Positions 10,972 through 20,509 of a stretch of 64,000 nucleotides of DNA are shown here, piece after piece (within the stretch, counting starts at the first letter, position 1; the number at the start of each line of letters is the position of its first letter). Origin of the DNA: Pseudobacteriovorax sp. (GTDB taxonomy: Bacteria; Bdellovibrionota_B; Oligoflexia; Oligoflexales; Oligoflexaceae). The notes beneath the pieces are model-generated. The model did no database searches and was not told the origin of the DNA. It saw nothing but the letters and a program-made list of their open reading frames with translations. The position numbers and the translations under genes were made by a program. The DNA lies in contig JBNKNM010000007.1 of NCBI GenBank assembly GCA_050293845.1, positions 1 to 64,000 on the forward strand, given 5' to 3'.

Positions 10972-11415
10972 ATGAAAACTCTCAGTAATTTATCGCCTGC
11001 TAAAGGCTCAAATAAAAAGAAAAAGCGGATTGGTCGAGGACCGGGAAGCGGCTTAGGAAAAACTTCTGGTAAAGGCCATAAGGGTCAGAAAGCCCGTAAG
11101 GGTGGTAAAGTGAGACCAGGCTTTGAAGGTGGTCAGATGCCTCTTTATAGGCGTTTGCCTAAACGAGGTTTTAAAAATCCTTTTCGCGTTGAATTTAATC
11201 CCGTAAACTTAGATATTCTAAATAGGTTTGACGCGGATACGGTAATTACCCCTGAAGTACTCGAAAAAGCTGGTTTAGTACGTAAGCCTGGTAATCCAAT
11301 AAAAGTTCTCGGACGCGGTAAATTGGAAAAAGCATTAAAAGTTAACTTGCATAAGTTTAGTGCTTCCGCAAGAGCAGCAGTGGAAAAGGCAGGCGGTCAA
11401 ATCGAGGAGATCTAA
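10972..11415 (+). CDS. rplO: 50S ribosomal protein L15
   Basis: GRGPGSG and [17 protein letters not shown] motifs. Confidence 0.99.
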   Translation: MKTLSNLSPAKGSNKKKKRIGRGPGSGLGKTSGKGHKGQKARKGGKVRPGFEGGQMPLYRRLPKRGFKNPFRVEFNPVNLDILNRFDADTVITPEVLEKAGLVRKPGNPIKVLGRGKLEKALKVNLHKFSASARAAVEKAGGQIEEI

Positions 11416-11417
11416 TC

Positions 11418-12737
11418 GTGGCACAGCGGATAACATCCCTTTCGGAGAGCATGAACCATCTCCAAAAGAAGATACTTTATACTCTTGGTTTTTTGGCGCT
11501 TTATCGAATTGGGGTTCATGTCCCTATTCCTGGGGTTGACGCCGCTAGGCTGAGTGAGTTTTTCCAAAGCCAAGGTGCCAACGCCTTTGGTATGATTAAC
11601 ATGTTCTCAGGTGGTGCTCTTGAAAGGTTTAGTATTTTTGCCTTGGGAGTTATGCCTTACATCTCCGCATCTATTATCGCCCAGCTTTTAACGGTTGTAG
11701 TTCCTCATTTGGAAGCCTTATCTAAAGAAGGTGAGGCCGGTCGCAAGAAGATTACCCAGTACACGCGATATGGCACTATTGTTCTGGCTCTGGTGCAAGG
11801 TTTCATGATAGCCCGGACCCTATCCAGCTCCGAGTTTGGTGGCGGGTCCCTGGTTCTAGATAATGGTATCGGTTGGCTGACGTTTACAGCCATAAGTCTA
11901 ACAGCCGGTACGGCTTTGGTCATGTGGTTGGGAGAGCAGATTACGGAAAGAGGTGTCGGCAACGGGATCTCTTTAATTATATTTTGTGGTATAGTAGCAG
12001 GGCTACCTTCTGTTATCACAAATACTTATGGCAAGTTTAATTCTGCTGAAATGGAAATGATCCAAATTCTTCTGTTGGTAGTCATTGTTGTTGTGATCAC
12101 TGCTGGGGTGGTTTTTATCGAGCAAGGGGCTCGGCAGGTACCAATTCAGTATGCCAAGCGACAGGTGGGCCGTCGTGTATATGGGGGACAAACGTCTCAT
12201 CTTCCTATACGCGTCAATACAGCTGGTGTTATTCCTCCTATTTTTGCTAGCTCCCTTTTGCAGATACCAGTAACTGCAGCTCAGGTGATGGAAGGTAGCG
12301 AAGTGGCAAATATTATTAACGTACTTTTTGTTCCTGGTGGCTGGGCATACAACTTGGTCTACCTGTCTCTAATTATTTTCTTTGCGTTCTTTTACACCTC
12401 GATTCAGTTTAAGCCAGATGACATAGCTGAAAATCTTAAGAAACATGGTGGGTTTATTCCGGGGATCAGACCTGGTGCTAAAACAAGTGATTTTCTAGGT
12501 AAAATTATCAATAGACTTACCTTAACGGGTGCCATTTACTTGGCTGCTATTTGTTTAGTTCCGTCGATTATTACGGAACGTTTTAATGTGCAGTTTTACT
12601 TTGGTGGAACCAGTCTTCTTATTATTGTTGGAGTTGCTCTGGAAACATTTAGACAAATTGACGCGCATCGTCAGTCCTTGCGTTATGAAGCTTTTATGAA
12701 GCAAGGCAGTACGCGTAGCAGAGGGAGTCGGCAATGA
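11418..12737 (+). CDS. secY: Preprotein translocase subunit SecY
   Basis: About 10 TM segments; IPGIRPG and GGTSLLIIVGV motifs. Confidence 0.99.
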   Translation: MAQRITSLSESMNHLQKKILYTLGFLALYRIGVHVPIPGVDAARLSEFFQSQGANAFGMINMFSGGALERFSIFALGVMPYISASIIAQLLTVVVPHLEALSKEGEAGRKKITQYTRYGTIVLALVQGFMIARTLSSSEFGGGSLVLDNGIGWLTFTAISLTAGTALVMWLGEQITERGVGNGISLIIFCGIVAGLPSVITNTYGKFNSAEMEMIQILLLVVIVVVITAGVVFIEQGARQVPIQYAKRQVGRRVYGGQTSHLPIRVNTAGVIPPIFASSLLQIPVTAAQVMEGSEVANIINVLFVPGGWAYNLVYLSLIIFFAFFYTSIQFKPDDIAENLKKHGGFIPGIRPGAKTSDFLGKIINRLTLTGAIYLAAICLVPSIITERFNVQFYFGGTSLLIIVGVALETFRQIDAHRQSLRYEAFMKQGSTRSRGSRQ

Positions 12738-13372
12738 TATTTGTGCTTATGGGGGCCCCGGGTGCGGGTAAGGGAACCCAGGCAGATCTTCTAGTTGAGA
12801 AAGCTGATTTTCGAAAAATATCGACAGGTGACGCCTTGCGGCGTCAAATAAAGCTGGGCACTGACATTGGTAAAAGTGCCAGCAGCTATATGGAGCAGGG
12901 GGAACTTGTCCCTGACGAGGTGTTGCTTGAGATTTTAAAAGCTGAACTAGGTGATAATAAAGACGAAAAGCTTTTGTTAGATGGCTATCCTCGGAATTTG
13001 AAGCAGGCTCAAACTCTCAAAGGAATTTCGAATGCTAATCCTATTAAAGCTGCTATTCATCTAGATGTTGATTCATCCGTATTGATGACTAGGCTTTGTG
13101 GGCGACGAACCTGTTCTAACTGTGGGGCTTCTTTTCATATAGAGTACAGCGCTCCTAAAACTGAAGGTATCTGTGACCGTTGCGGCGGAGAGTTGATCCA
13201 GAGACCAGATGACAATGAAGAAAAAGTGGGCGTAAGATTAAAGGTTTATGATCAAGAGACGCGACCAGTTCTAGATTTCTATCGCGGTGAAGGTATTTAC
13301 CAGCATGTCGATGGCAATGGGGAGACTGAAAAGGTTTTTGAAAGGTTATTAAAAACCGTAGAGACCTTGTAG
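12734..13372 (+). CDS. adk: Adenylate kinase
   Basis: GAPGAGKGTQ and LDGYPR motifs; CxxC...CxxC zinc lid. Confidence 0.98.
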   Translation: MIFVLMGAPGAGKGTQADLLVEKADFRKISTGDALRRQIKLGTDIGKSASSYMEQGELVPDEVLLEILKAELGDNKDEKLLLDGYPRNLKQAQTLKGISNANPIKAAIHLDVDSSVLMTRLCGRRTCSNCGASFHIEYSAPKTEGICDRCGGELIQRPDDNEEKVGVRLKVYDQETRPVLDFYRGEGIYQHVDGNGETEKVFERLLKTVETL

Positions 13373-13509
13373 GCTGGAGTTGTCGCAGTAAATTATTTAG
13401 TCAATAGCATAATAGGAGCTTGCTCTACTTAACTGAAAAATGTAAAGTGTCGCAGCTCTGATAAATGTAGGGTATTTTCCTAAATTTTAAACTGGCTAGA
13501 GCGGTAAGT

Positions 13510-13728
13510 ATGGCAAAAGAAGATGTTATAGAAGTAGAAGGTGTCGTAAAAGAGCCTCTTCCAAATGCAATGTTCAAGGTGGAGTTAGAAAACGGCCACG
13601 AAGTCCTTGCGCATATAAGCGGTAAAATGAGGATGCATTTCATCCGCATACTGCCAGGTGACAAGGTTAAGTTGGAAATTTCACCCTATGATTTGGGAAG
13701 AGGACGAATCGTATACCGCTCTAAATGA
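13510..13728 (+). CDS. infA: Translation initiation factor IF-1
   Basis: 72 aa; LPNAMF and SGKMR motifs. Confidence 0.99.
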   Translation: MAKEDVIEVEGVVKEPLPNAMFKVELENGHEVLAHISGKMRMHFIRILPGDKVKLEISPYDLGRGRIVYRSK

Positions 13729-13747
13729 TATTTTTCGGAGATAGATC

Positions 13748-13861
13748 ATGAAAGTTCGCGCAAGTGTGAAACCAATTTGTGAGAAATGTAAAGTAATCCG
13801 TAGACATGGCGTCCTACGAGTAATTTGCGAAGTTAAAAAGCACAAACAAAGACAAGGCTAA
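13748..13861 (+). CDS. rpmJ: 50S ribosomal protein L36 (not in ORF track)
   Basis: Translated by hand: [37 protein letters not shown] (37 aa, zinc type); RBS GGAG. Confidence 0.97.
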   Translation: MKVRASVKPICEKCKVIRRHGVLRVICEVKKHKQRQG

Positions 13862-13876
13862 GTATTAGGAGATATA

Positions 13877-14248
13877 ATGGCTCGTATCGCAGGGGTGGAC
13901 TTACCCGCTCATAAAAGAGTTGATATAGCTTTAACCAGTATCTACGGTATCGGCAGAACAAAAGCTGCAAGTATTGTTGAGAAATCCGGAATTGTTGCCA
14001 ATAAAAAGGCTGGCGAGCTAACTGGTGATGAGGTTAACACGATTCGTAGAATCATTGATGGCGATAGTATCTTAGTGGAAGGTGACCTTCGTCGTGAAGT
14101 TTCTCTCAATATCAAACGTCTCGTTGACCTAGGTAATTACCGTGGTTTGCGTCATCGTCGCGGTCTTCCTGTAAGGGGACAAAGGACCAAAACGAACTCA
14201 CGTACCCGTAAAGGTCCGCGTAAGACCATTGCGAACAAAAAGAAATAA
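13877..14248 (+). CDS. rpsM: 30S ribosomal protein S13
   Basis: ARIAGVDLP and [11 protein letters not shown] motifs. Confidence 0.99.
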   Translation: MARIAGVDLPAHKRVDIALTSIYGIGRTKAASIVEKSGIVANKKAGELTGDEVNTIRRIIDGDSILVEGDLRREVSLNIKRLVDLGNYRGLRHRRGLPVRGQRTKTNSRTRKGPRKTIANKKK

Positions 14249-14279
14249 CTGAGGCGTAACGCAGAGGAAGGTAGTAAAG

Positions 14280-14669
14280 ATGGCTAAGGCTACTGTTAGC
14301 AAAAAAAGAAAAACCAAAAAAAATGTACCCATGGGTGTTGCTCATATCCAGGCCACATTTAACAACACTATAGTAACAATTACTGATCTAAACGGTGAAG
14401 TGGTTTCTTGGTGCACAGCGGGTACTAAAGGTTTTAAAGGCTCTCGTAAAAGTACGCCTTTTGCTGCTCAGGTAGCGGCAGAAGAGGCAGCTCGTAAGGC
14501 AATGGATGCGGGGATGCGTTCAATTTCTGTACTGGTTAAAGGACCAGGGTCAGGACGAGAAAGTGCCGTGCGTGCGTTGGCTTCCGTTGGATTAAAAGTG
14601 AACTTGCTCCGTGATATTACGCCAGTTCCACATAATGGTTGTAGGCCGCCTAAAAGGCGTAGAGTGTAG
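14280..14669 (+). CDS. rpsK: 30S ribosomal protein S11
   Basis: RKSTPFAAQ and [13 protein letters not shown] motifs. Confidence 0.99.
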   Translation: MAKATVSKKRKTKKNVPMGVAHIQATFNNTIVTITDLNGEVVSWCTAGTKGFKGSRKSTPFAAQVAAEEAARKAMDAGMRSISVLVKGPGSGRESAVRALASVGLKVNLLRDITPVPHNGCRPPKRRRV

Positions 14670-14737
14670 TCTTACTGATGGAAAGAGAGGTAATTTGACC
14701 TCTCTAACCCGATATTTATGGACCCCATAAAATAAAC

Positions 14738-14746
14738 TGGTACAAT
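14738..14746 (+). promoter_or_regulatory. Putative extended -10 promoter for rpoA-rplQ
   Basis: TG-G-TACAAT, downstream of an 8-bp hairpin at 14684-14705. Confidence 0.4.
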
Positions 14747-14847
14747 AAGTATCAATTATTAAGATTTAATTTAGTCAAGACTAGTCTATCTAAGTCAGCC
14801 AAGTTTGAGCCTGATGGATAGTTAACGAAGCCTAACGGAGAGCATTT

Positions 14848-15858
14848 ATGCATCGTAATTGGCAAGATCTAATCACACCCAATAACGTAGAGATCGCCAC
14901 CCTAACAGACACGTATGGCAAGTTCGTCGCGAAGCCGCTGGAAAGGGGCTATGGGATTACTCTCGGTAATTCATTGCGCCGCGTGCTACTATCCAGCATC
15001 AATGGTGCAGCTATAGTTGCCGTACGAATTACGAATGTAGATCACGAATTAAGCACTATCCAAGGTGTCAAGGAAGATGTCACAGACATCATTTTGAATT
15101 TGAAGCAGGTCAATATCAGATACCTAGGCGAGCAGGATGCGCGTATTACCCTAAAGTCAACGGGGGAAGGCGTACTGAAAGCTGGTGATATCCAGGCTAG
15201 TAGTGATGTTGAGATACTGAACCCCGAGCAACACATTGCTACAGTGGGTGAAGATGGCTTCTTGGATATGGAAATGATCGTCCGCCACGGGCGGGGTTAT
15301 GTTTCAGCCGATGCTAACAGGACGGAAGACATTCCAGCAGATTATATTGTTACCGACTCGATTTTTGCTCCAGTGCGTCGTGTTGCATACAATGTATCTA
15401 ACGCTCGTGTAGGTCAAATGACCGACTACGATAAATTGACTCTGGAAATATGGACCAATGGTGCAGTAAGGCCCGATGATGGGCTAGCTTATGCTGCAAA
15501 GATTCTTAAAGAGCAATTGACCATATTTATCAATTTTGATGAAACAGAGGAAGTTGAGGCAAGGCCAGCCGAGGAAGACCTTGAGCGTAAGCCTCAGTTG
15601 AATGAGAATCTGTTCAAAACTGTAGATTCTTTAGAGCTCAGCGTACGGGCGGCGAACTGTCTTGAAAACGCCAATATCAAGTATATCGGTGAGCTTGTAA
15701 CAAAAAGCGAAGCAGAGATGCTCAAGACAAAGAACTTTGGACGAAAATCTCTCAATGAGATCAAAGATATTCTTGCCGAAATGGGTTTATCCTTGGGTAT
15801 GAAGATCGACGGCTTTGATCCCAGTATGCTGCGGCAGAGAGAAGCTGATACAAATTAA
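14848..15858 (+). CDS. rpoA: DNA-directed RNA polymerase subunit alpha
   Basis: [21 protein letters not shown] and [11 protein letters not shown] motifs. Confidence 0.99.
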   Translation: MHRNWQDLITPNNVEIATLTDTYGKFVAKPLERGYGITLGNSLRRVLLSSINGAAIVAVRITNVDHELSTIQGVKEDVTDIILNLKQVNIRYLGEQDARITLKSTGEGVLKAGDIQASSDVEILNPEQHIATVGEDGFLDMEMIVRHGRGYVSADANRTEDIPADYIVTDSIFAPVRRVAYNVSNARVGQMTDYDKLTLEIWTNGAVRPDDGLAYAAKILKEQLTIFINFDETEEVEARPAEEDLERKPQLNENLFKTVDSLELSVRAANCLENANIKYIGELVTKSEAEMLKTKNFGRKSLNEIKDILAEMGLSLGMKIDGFDPSMLRQREADTN

Positions 15859-15885
15859 TTTGATAAGTTAGAGAGAGGCAATATT

Positions 15886-16260
15886 ATGCGACACAAGCAT
15901 GGCTATAGAAAACTAGGTAGAGAGAGCTCTCATAGAAGAGCAATGTTGCGAAACATGGCGACATCACTCATAAATCACGAGAGCATTACGACTACTCTTC
16001 CCAAGGCTAAAGAGTTGCGGAGTGTCGTAGAGAAGATTGTTACTCTCGGTAAAAAAGGCAAGCTTCATAATCGCCGCCAAGCGGCCAGCTATCTATATGA
16101 TAAGGCTGCAGTGGCAAAAGTTTTCGATAGTTTGGCGGGAAGATTTAAGGAGCGCCCTGGAGGCTACCTCAGAATCTTGAAGAGAGGTGTTCGTTTTGGT
16201 GATGGTGCTAAAATGGCTACTATACAATTTGTTGACTTTGAACCAAAGGCCAAATCTTAG
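15886..16260 (+). CDS. rplQ: 50S ribosomal protein L17
   Basis: [14 protein letters not shown] and RPGGYLRI motifs. Confidence 0.99.
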   Translation: MRHKHGYRKLGRESSHRRAMLRNMATSLINHESITTTLPKAKELRSVVEKIVTLGKKGKLHNRRQAASYLYDKAAVAKVFDSLAGRFKERPGGYLRILKRGVRFGDGAKMATIQFVDFEPKAKS

Positions 16261-16284
16261 CCTCGTTACTATAATAAAATCTAG

Positions 16285-16315
16285 AATCCCGTTAGGAAAC
16301 TAGCGGGATTTTTTT
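16285..16315 (+). terminator. Rho-independent terminator of the ribosomal superoperon
   Basis: AATCCCGTTAG-GAAA-CTAGCGGGATT stem followed by a T run. Confidence 0.85.
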
Positions 16316-16359
16316 ATTTAGTTATAATTCTGTCTAAGACAAAATTTGCAAGGGTCAAG

Positions 16360-16773
16360 TTGATGAAGTTTTGTTGGTTAATTTTGTTACTAGTTTCTTC
16401 ATGTCATAAAGTAGATCACCTGAAAAAGGAGCTTGATTACCAGAGTTTTCGATTTAGTGGTGGTACCTTGTTTTCAGAACCTACACTGGTAACTACTAAG
16501 GAAATTCATTTTGACACGGGAAAACTTCTTGGTCGCGAAGTTATTTTAGAAGGTAAAATAGATAATGTGGGAAAATATGATACCCATTTGGTAATTTCCG
16601 ATGAATCAGGGAGGATGTTGGTGGTTTTGACCCATATTGAAGACGCCAGCCACATTTTAGAGAGTCAAGAGCAGAAACAGATAAGAGTCTTGGGTACAGT
16701 AGAAAGAGGTAAAAAAGGCTTGCCGTATATACTGGCAAAATCTGTCAATATTTTTAGCACAGAAAATCATTAA
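16360..16773 (+). CDS. Putative lipoprotein with an OB-fold-like domain
   Basis: Lipobox-like LVSSC; VILEGKI...ISDESG...IRVLGTV beta pattern. Confidence 0.55.
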   Translation: MMKFCWLILLLVSSCHKVDHLKKELDYQSFRFSGGTLFSEPTLVTTKEIHFDTGKLLGREVILEGKIDNVGKYDTHLVISDESGRMLVVLTHIEDASHILESQEQKQIRVLGTVERGKKGLPYILAKSVNIFSTENH

Positions 16774-17861
16774 TGATATTATTTACCTATGTTCTAAAAG
16801 ATTTTCTGCGTTTCGTTCTTGGTGCCTTGGTTCTATGTGTCTTTTTGTTCTTACTGTTTGACTTCATTCACAAGACGACGCGTTATATTCCCCGTTACAA
16901 CCCTGAAACGGCGCAGCTTGTTAAGCTTTATGCGCTAATGATTCCTAATTTATTAATTCAAGCGCTACCCATTGCATCCTTGCTGTCTTCAGTAATTTGT
17001 ATGGTGCTATTAAGTCGTACTAATGAAGTGACGGCGATGCGAGCAGCAGGTATGGGGCCCCTTAGGATTGGAGCTCCCATCGCTGCCGGTGGGTTGCTGT
17101 TATCTTTGGGGTCGTTCATTGTAGGAGAGTTTATCCTTCCAGAAACAGCGCGGCAGGTACACTTTCTTCAAGAGGTTGTTATAGAAAAGGGTTCTGAGAC
17201 TCAGTTGGCAGAGGGAGCCAGGTGGATCAGGCAGGAGCAAAGGTTGTTTAATTTTCGTGACTTTGATCCACTTACGAATAGTATGCGCAATGTCAAAATG
17301 ATAGAGACAGGGCCTAATTTCCGGCCTAAGAAAACGATCGAAGCAGAGGTCGGGGTGTATCGTGAGGAAAGTCGGGATTGGCTCCTATCGGAGGTAAAAA
17401 TATTCTATTTTTGGCCTAATGGCACCATCTCGTTCAGTGAAAAAGTGGACTTCATGCCGGTTATGATACCTGTGGAGCCTAAGAAACTAAAGCGAGAGAG
17501 AAGGCTTCCCAATGAATTGAGTTTATGGGAACTCATGGAAGTTATATCTAAGGGAGGCTCTTCAGGCATGGATATACTATCTTATCAAGTAGATATGCAT
17601 GTAAAGTTTGCTTTCCATTTTGCATCCTTTGTGGTATGCCTTATAGGCCTGAAATTTGGTTATAAATCGGAGAGAAGTGTTGAAACCGCAAAAGGGGTGC
17701 TCTTGGCAATTGCCATTGGTATCAGTTATTGGTTTATCTTGAACTCGGGTCGTGCTTTAGGAAAAAGAGGTACATTAACGCCTTTTTTGGCGGCATGGGC
17801 AGCAAACTTTATCATTTTAGGTATTTCCTGGCTAAGTATAATACGAGCCAGAAAATCATAA
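16773..17861 (+). CDS. LptF/LptG family LPS export permease
   Basis: SRTNEVTAMRAAG motif; 3+3 TM layout with periplasmic domain; PFLAAWAAN. Confidence 0.88.
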   Translation: MILFTYVLKDFLRFVLGALVLCVFLFLLFDFIHKTTRYIPRYNPETAQLVKLYALMIPNLLIQALPIASLLSSVICMVLLSRTNEVTAMRAAGMGPLRIGAPIAAGGLLLSLGSFIVGEFILPETARQVHFLQEVVIEKGSETQLAEGARWIRQEQRLFNFRDFDPLTNSMRNVKMIETGPNFRPKKTIEAEVGVYREESRDWLLSEVKIFYFWPNGTISFSEKVDFMPVMIPVEPKKLKRERRLPNELSLWELMEVISKGGSSGMDILSYQVDMHVKFAFHFASFVVCLIGLKFGYKSERSVETAKGVLLAIAIGISYWFILNSGRALGKRGTLTPFLAAWAANFIILGISWLSIIRARKS

Positions 17862-18023
17862 CCGGAATCCGAAAAATTCTTCCCTTGCTGTGTTATGTCA
17901 TCCTTCCGAAATCTTCACCTACCTGGGTACGCTACGGTTAAGTAAGGTCGCCATGCCTTGCAGCCGAAGCTTTATTGAGCTACTTAAAATAATTAACTTT
18001 TTTTAAATTTTTCCGGTTTGGGC

Positions 18024-20234
18024 TCATAAGCTCTGAGAATCTGTCCTATTAAAATCAGCTCCGTGATAATAGACCTTGCGCCCCACCTTGGTTGTATGGA
18101 TTTGCTTGCTGGAAACTAATTTTTTTAAGATACGTTTGGTCGTTGATTGGGAAACATCGATACGATTTGAAAGCTGAATGCTTGACTGGGGACCCTTTTC
18201 CAAAAGAGTCAGAATTTTAGCTTCCGATTCATTTACATGGCTGTTAGGTTTTGCCTTAAATTCAATAGCTTCGTGGAATAACCTGATCTTGTTATCCATA
18301 GTGACGATGAGAGGGGCTAGGGTATAAGGAAAGAGAGATCGTAACCTCATAATAGAGTTGCGGATCTTTTGTTGCCATCCCATCTGTTGCGTCGATTGAT
18401 GCCAGACATTTTCCTGGAGCTCATCGGGGCTAGCGCTGAAGCCTCGCTTGCCGAGCAAGTACTGAATCAGTCGATCAAGAACCGGATAGGACTGTAAAGA
18501 AACCAGGTAGCTGTCGCTAACCAGATATTCTGAGTTGCCCAGGTATTTGACGCTTGGGGCAAAATAGAGTTTGGTGGCGGCTACAATAAATTGCATTTGC
18601 CAGCCACTGTGCAGTTTAGGAGAGTGGCCGCCAATAGTAGCTTGCCAGGTGGACAGGATTTCTTGTTTTTGAAATGGGGAAAGAGTGGTCTTCTGAGCAT
18701 CGTCGAGATACTTTTTAGCTAAATCAAACTCTCCTTGTCGATAAGCTCGTGCAGCATTCAAAAAGCAGTATTGTACAAGAAATACTTTATATTCTACCGA
18801 CTCTGATAGCTGGTGAAGAAAATCGAGAGCATGATGAAATTTGTCATCCCAAGCTTTTTCTATCAATTTGCCATGGGCTATGAGCGAATATGCTTGAGCT
18901 TCATAAAACATAAACCTATAAACTTTTGCTTTTTCAACCGCGTGCGTGGCGAGCTTATAGACCTCACAAAGATTTTTTCGAATAAGGTGTTGGCAACCCA
19001 ATGCAATGATGTATTCCAGCCAAGTAGCATTATTATTTTTCAAATTTTTTGCCACTTTGATATTTAATTCTGATCTGATATTAAGTTGGGCGGATTTCAC
19101 ATGATACCGGCTCATGGTCGCTAATTCTTCAAGTGTATGAATCCCATTCTGGACTAGTGGCTTGACACAGTTTTCCAGTAGCTTGTAGGAGCGGTCAATC
19201 TCTCCACTTTGCCATGAAAGCTCCGATTTCAAAGTCATGTAACGGATTTTAAAGCGGTCTGATTCATCCTTTTGGGCTAATTTTAGGGTTTCTAAGCCAT
19301 ATTTTTCAGCATACTTGTACTTGCCAGCCTTCATGAATGTGAGAGTCATCATCGATAGGATATGCAGTTTGCGGAAACTCTTTTCCTGCTGAGGGATCAG
19401 CTGAAGGGCCTTACGATAATACTGGACAGCCTGGGTAAAAACTCCTCGGTTATGAAAATGAGTGCCATGAAAAGCGTAGCAGTGCGAAAGCGGACCACGT
19501 AGGTTATATTTTTCGGCTAAGGACTCGCACTCTGATACTAACTGACAGGCTTTGTCTTGAAATTCCATGCCAGAATTGTCATAACTGGCGGCGGAGTTAA
19601 ATAGGGAGCTAGCTGCGGACTCCCAACGTTCATACTGGAGGTAAATAGCATAAGCTCTAGTAAATAGATTGGCAGCATCCGCATAGTTTCCAAGAAAGAA
19701 TTTCGACCTTGCAACATTGGAGAGCATGTCCGCCTTGATGCGGGTTGGTAGGTTGGTGATGTCGACGGCATACTCTAACTTCTCAAGCATTCTCTTAGCC
19801 ATATTATTGCGGCCTTCTTCGACGTAACTTTTGCAAATAATCATCTGAATGGTGATGGCGTCGATATCAGAGATGTGCTTAAGGCGCAGGCTGCGTGAAG
19901 CGATTTTTCTCGCCTGGCTTGGTTGCCCACTTTCTAGATAGATTTCTGCAACTTTAGCTCTGATACTAGGTAAGGGGATGGTGGCGATAGCCGTAGCTAT
20001 TTCATTGCCTAAAGGAAGATCCCAGGAACTAAGGCAGCCTGAAAGTATAGGAACCCAAATTTTTTCACCAAATTGCAGAAAATTGCTATCGGCTGCCACA
20101 AGGCGATAAATTTCATTGATGGGTTTCGACATATTAGAAGTACTAATCAAGCTCTCGTACTCATCAAAAAACGATTCCCAGGCTTGCTTGCTATGGCAAT
20201 TTTTGGCCTTTTTTATAACGTGGTCCCACTGCAT
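18024..20234 (-). CDS. Large TPR-repeat protein with C-terminal winged-helix DNA-binding domains
   Basis: TPR-like helices; OmpR-like segment ELQENVW...IRNSIMRLR; terminal HTH SQSTTKRILKKL...GRKVYY. Confidence 0.7.
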   Translation of the reverse strand: MQWDHVIKKAKNCHSKQAWESFFDEYESLISTSNMSKPINEIYRLVAADSNFLQFGEKIWVPILSGCLSSWDLPLGNEIATAIATIPLPSIRAKVAEIYLESGQPSQARKIASRSLRLKHISDIDAITIQMIICKSYVEEGRNNMAKRMLEKLEYAVDITNLPTRIKADMLSNVARSKFFLGNYADAANLFTRAYAIYLQYERWESAASSLFNSAASYDNSGMEFQDKACQLVSECESLAEKYNLRGPLSHCYAFHGTHFHNRGVFTQAVQYYRKALQLIPQQEKSFRKLHILSMMTLTFMKAGKYKYAEKYGLETLKLAQKDESDRFKIRYMTLKSELSWQSGEIDRSYKLLENCVKPLVQNGIHTLEELATMSRYHVKSAQLNIRSELNIKVAKNLKNNNATWLEYIIALGCQHLIRKNLCEVYKLATHAVEKAKVYRFMFYEAQAYSLIAHGKLIEKAWDDKFHHALDFLHQLSESVEYKVFLVQYCFLNAARAYRQGEFDLAKKYLDDAQKTTLSPFQKQEILSTWQATIGGHSPKLHSGWQMQFIVAATKLYFAPSVKYLGNSEYLVSDSYLVSLQSYPVLDRLIQYLLGKRGFSASPDELQENVWHQSTQQMGWQQKIRNSIMRLRSLFPYTLAPLIVTMDNKIRLFHEAIEFKAKPNSHVNESEAKILTLLEKGPQSSIQLSNRIDVSQSTTKRILKKLVSSKQIHTTKVGRKVYYHGADFNRTDSQSL

Positions 20235-20509
20235 CGGATGGTGCCATTCTAGTTATCAAACTCTTTGGCTTTTAATTGATTAACTCTAAGGAACTGTAGC
20301 AAACAGAGTCGGTTTTGTCTCATTCTTTTAAGAAGCTTGTGTATAAAATTCTAAGAAGATCTTAGTGATAGCTTATAAGGGAAAAGAAGTATTTGACAAT
20401 TGTTGTCCTAGTGCTAAAAATAGTGAGCGAGAATACATTAACATTTTAGGCGAACGTTTGAGTTATCGCCTTGAATATACAGCCAAGCAGTTACTGTGGA
20501 GCTTTTATC

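Noticed and set aside
13373..13509. map or another small gene between adk and infA
   Set aside because: 137 bp of AT-rich sequence with no credible plus-strand ORF; probably promoter DNA.
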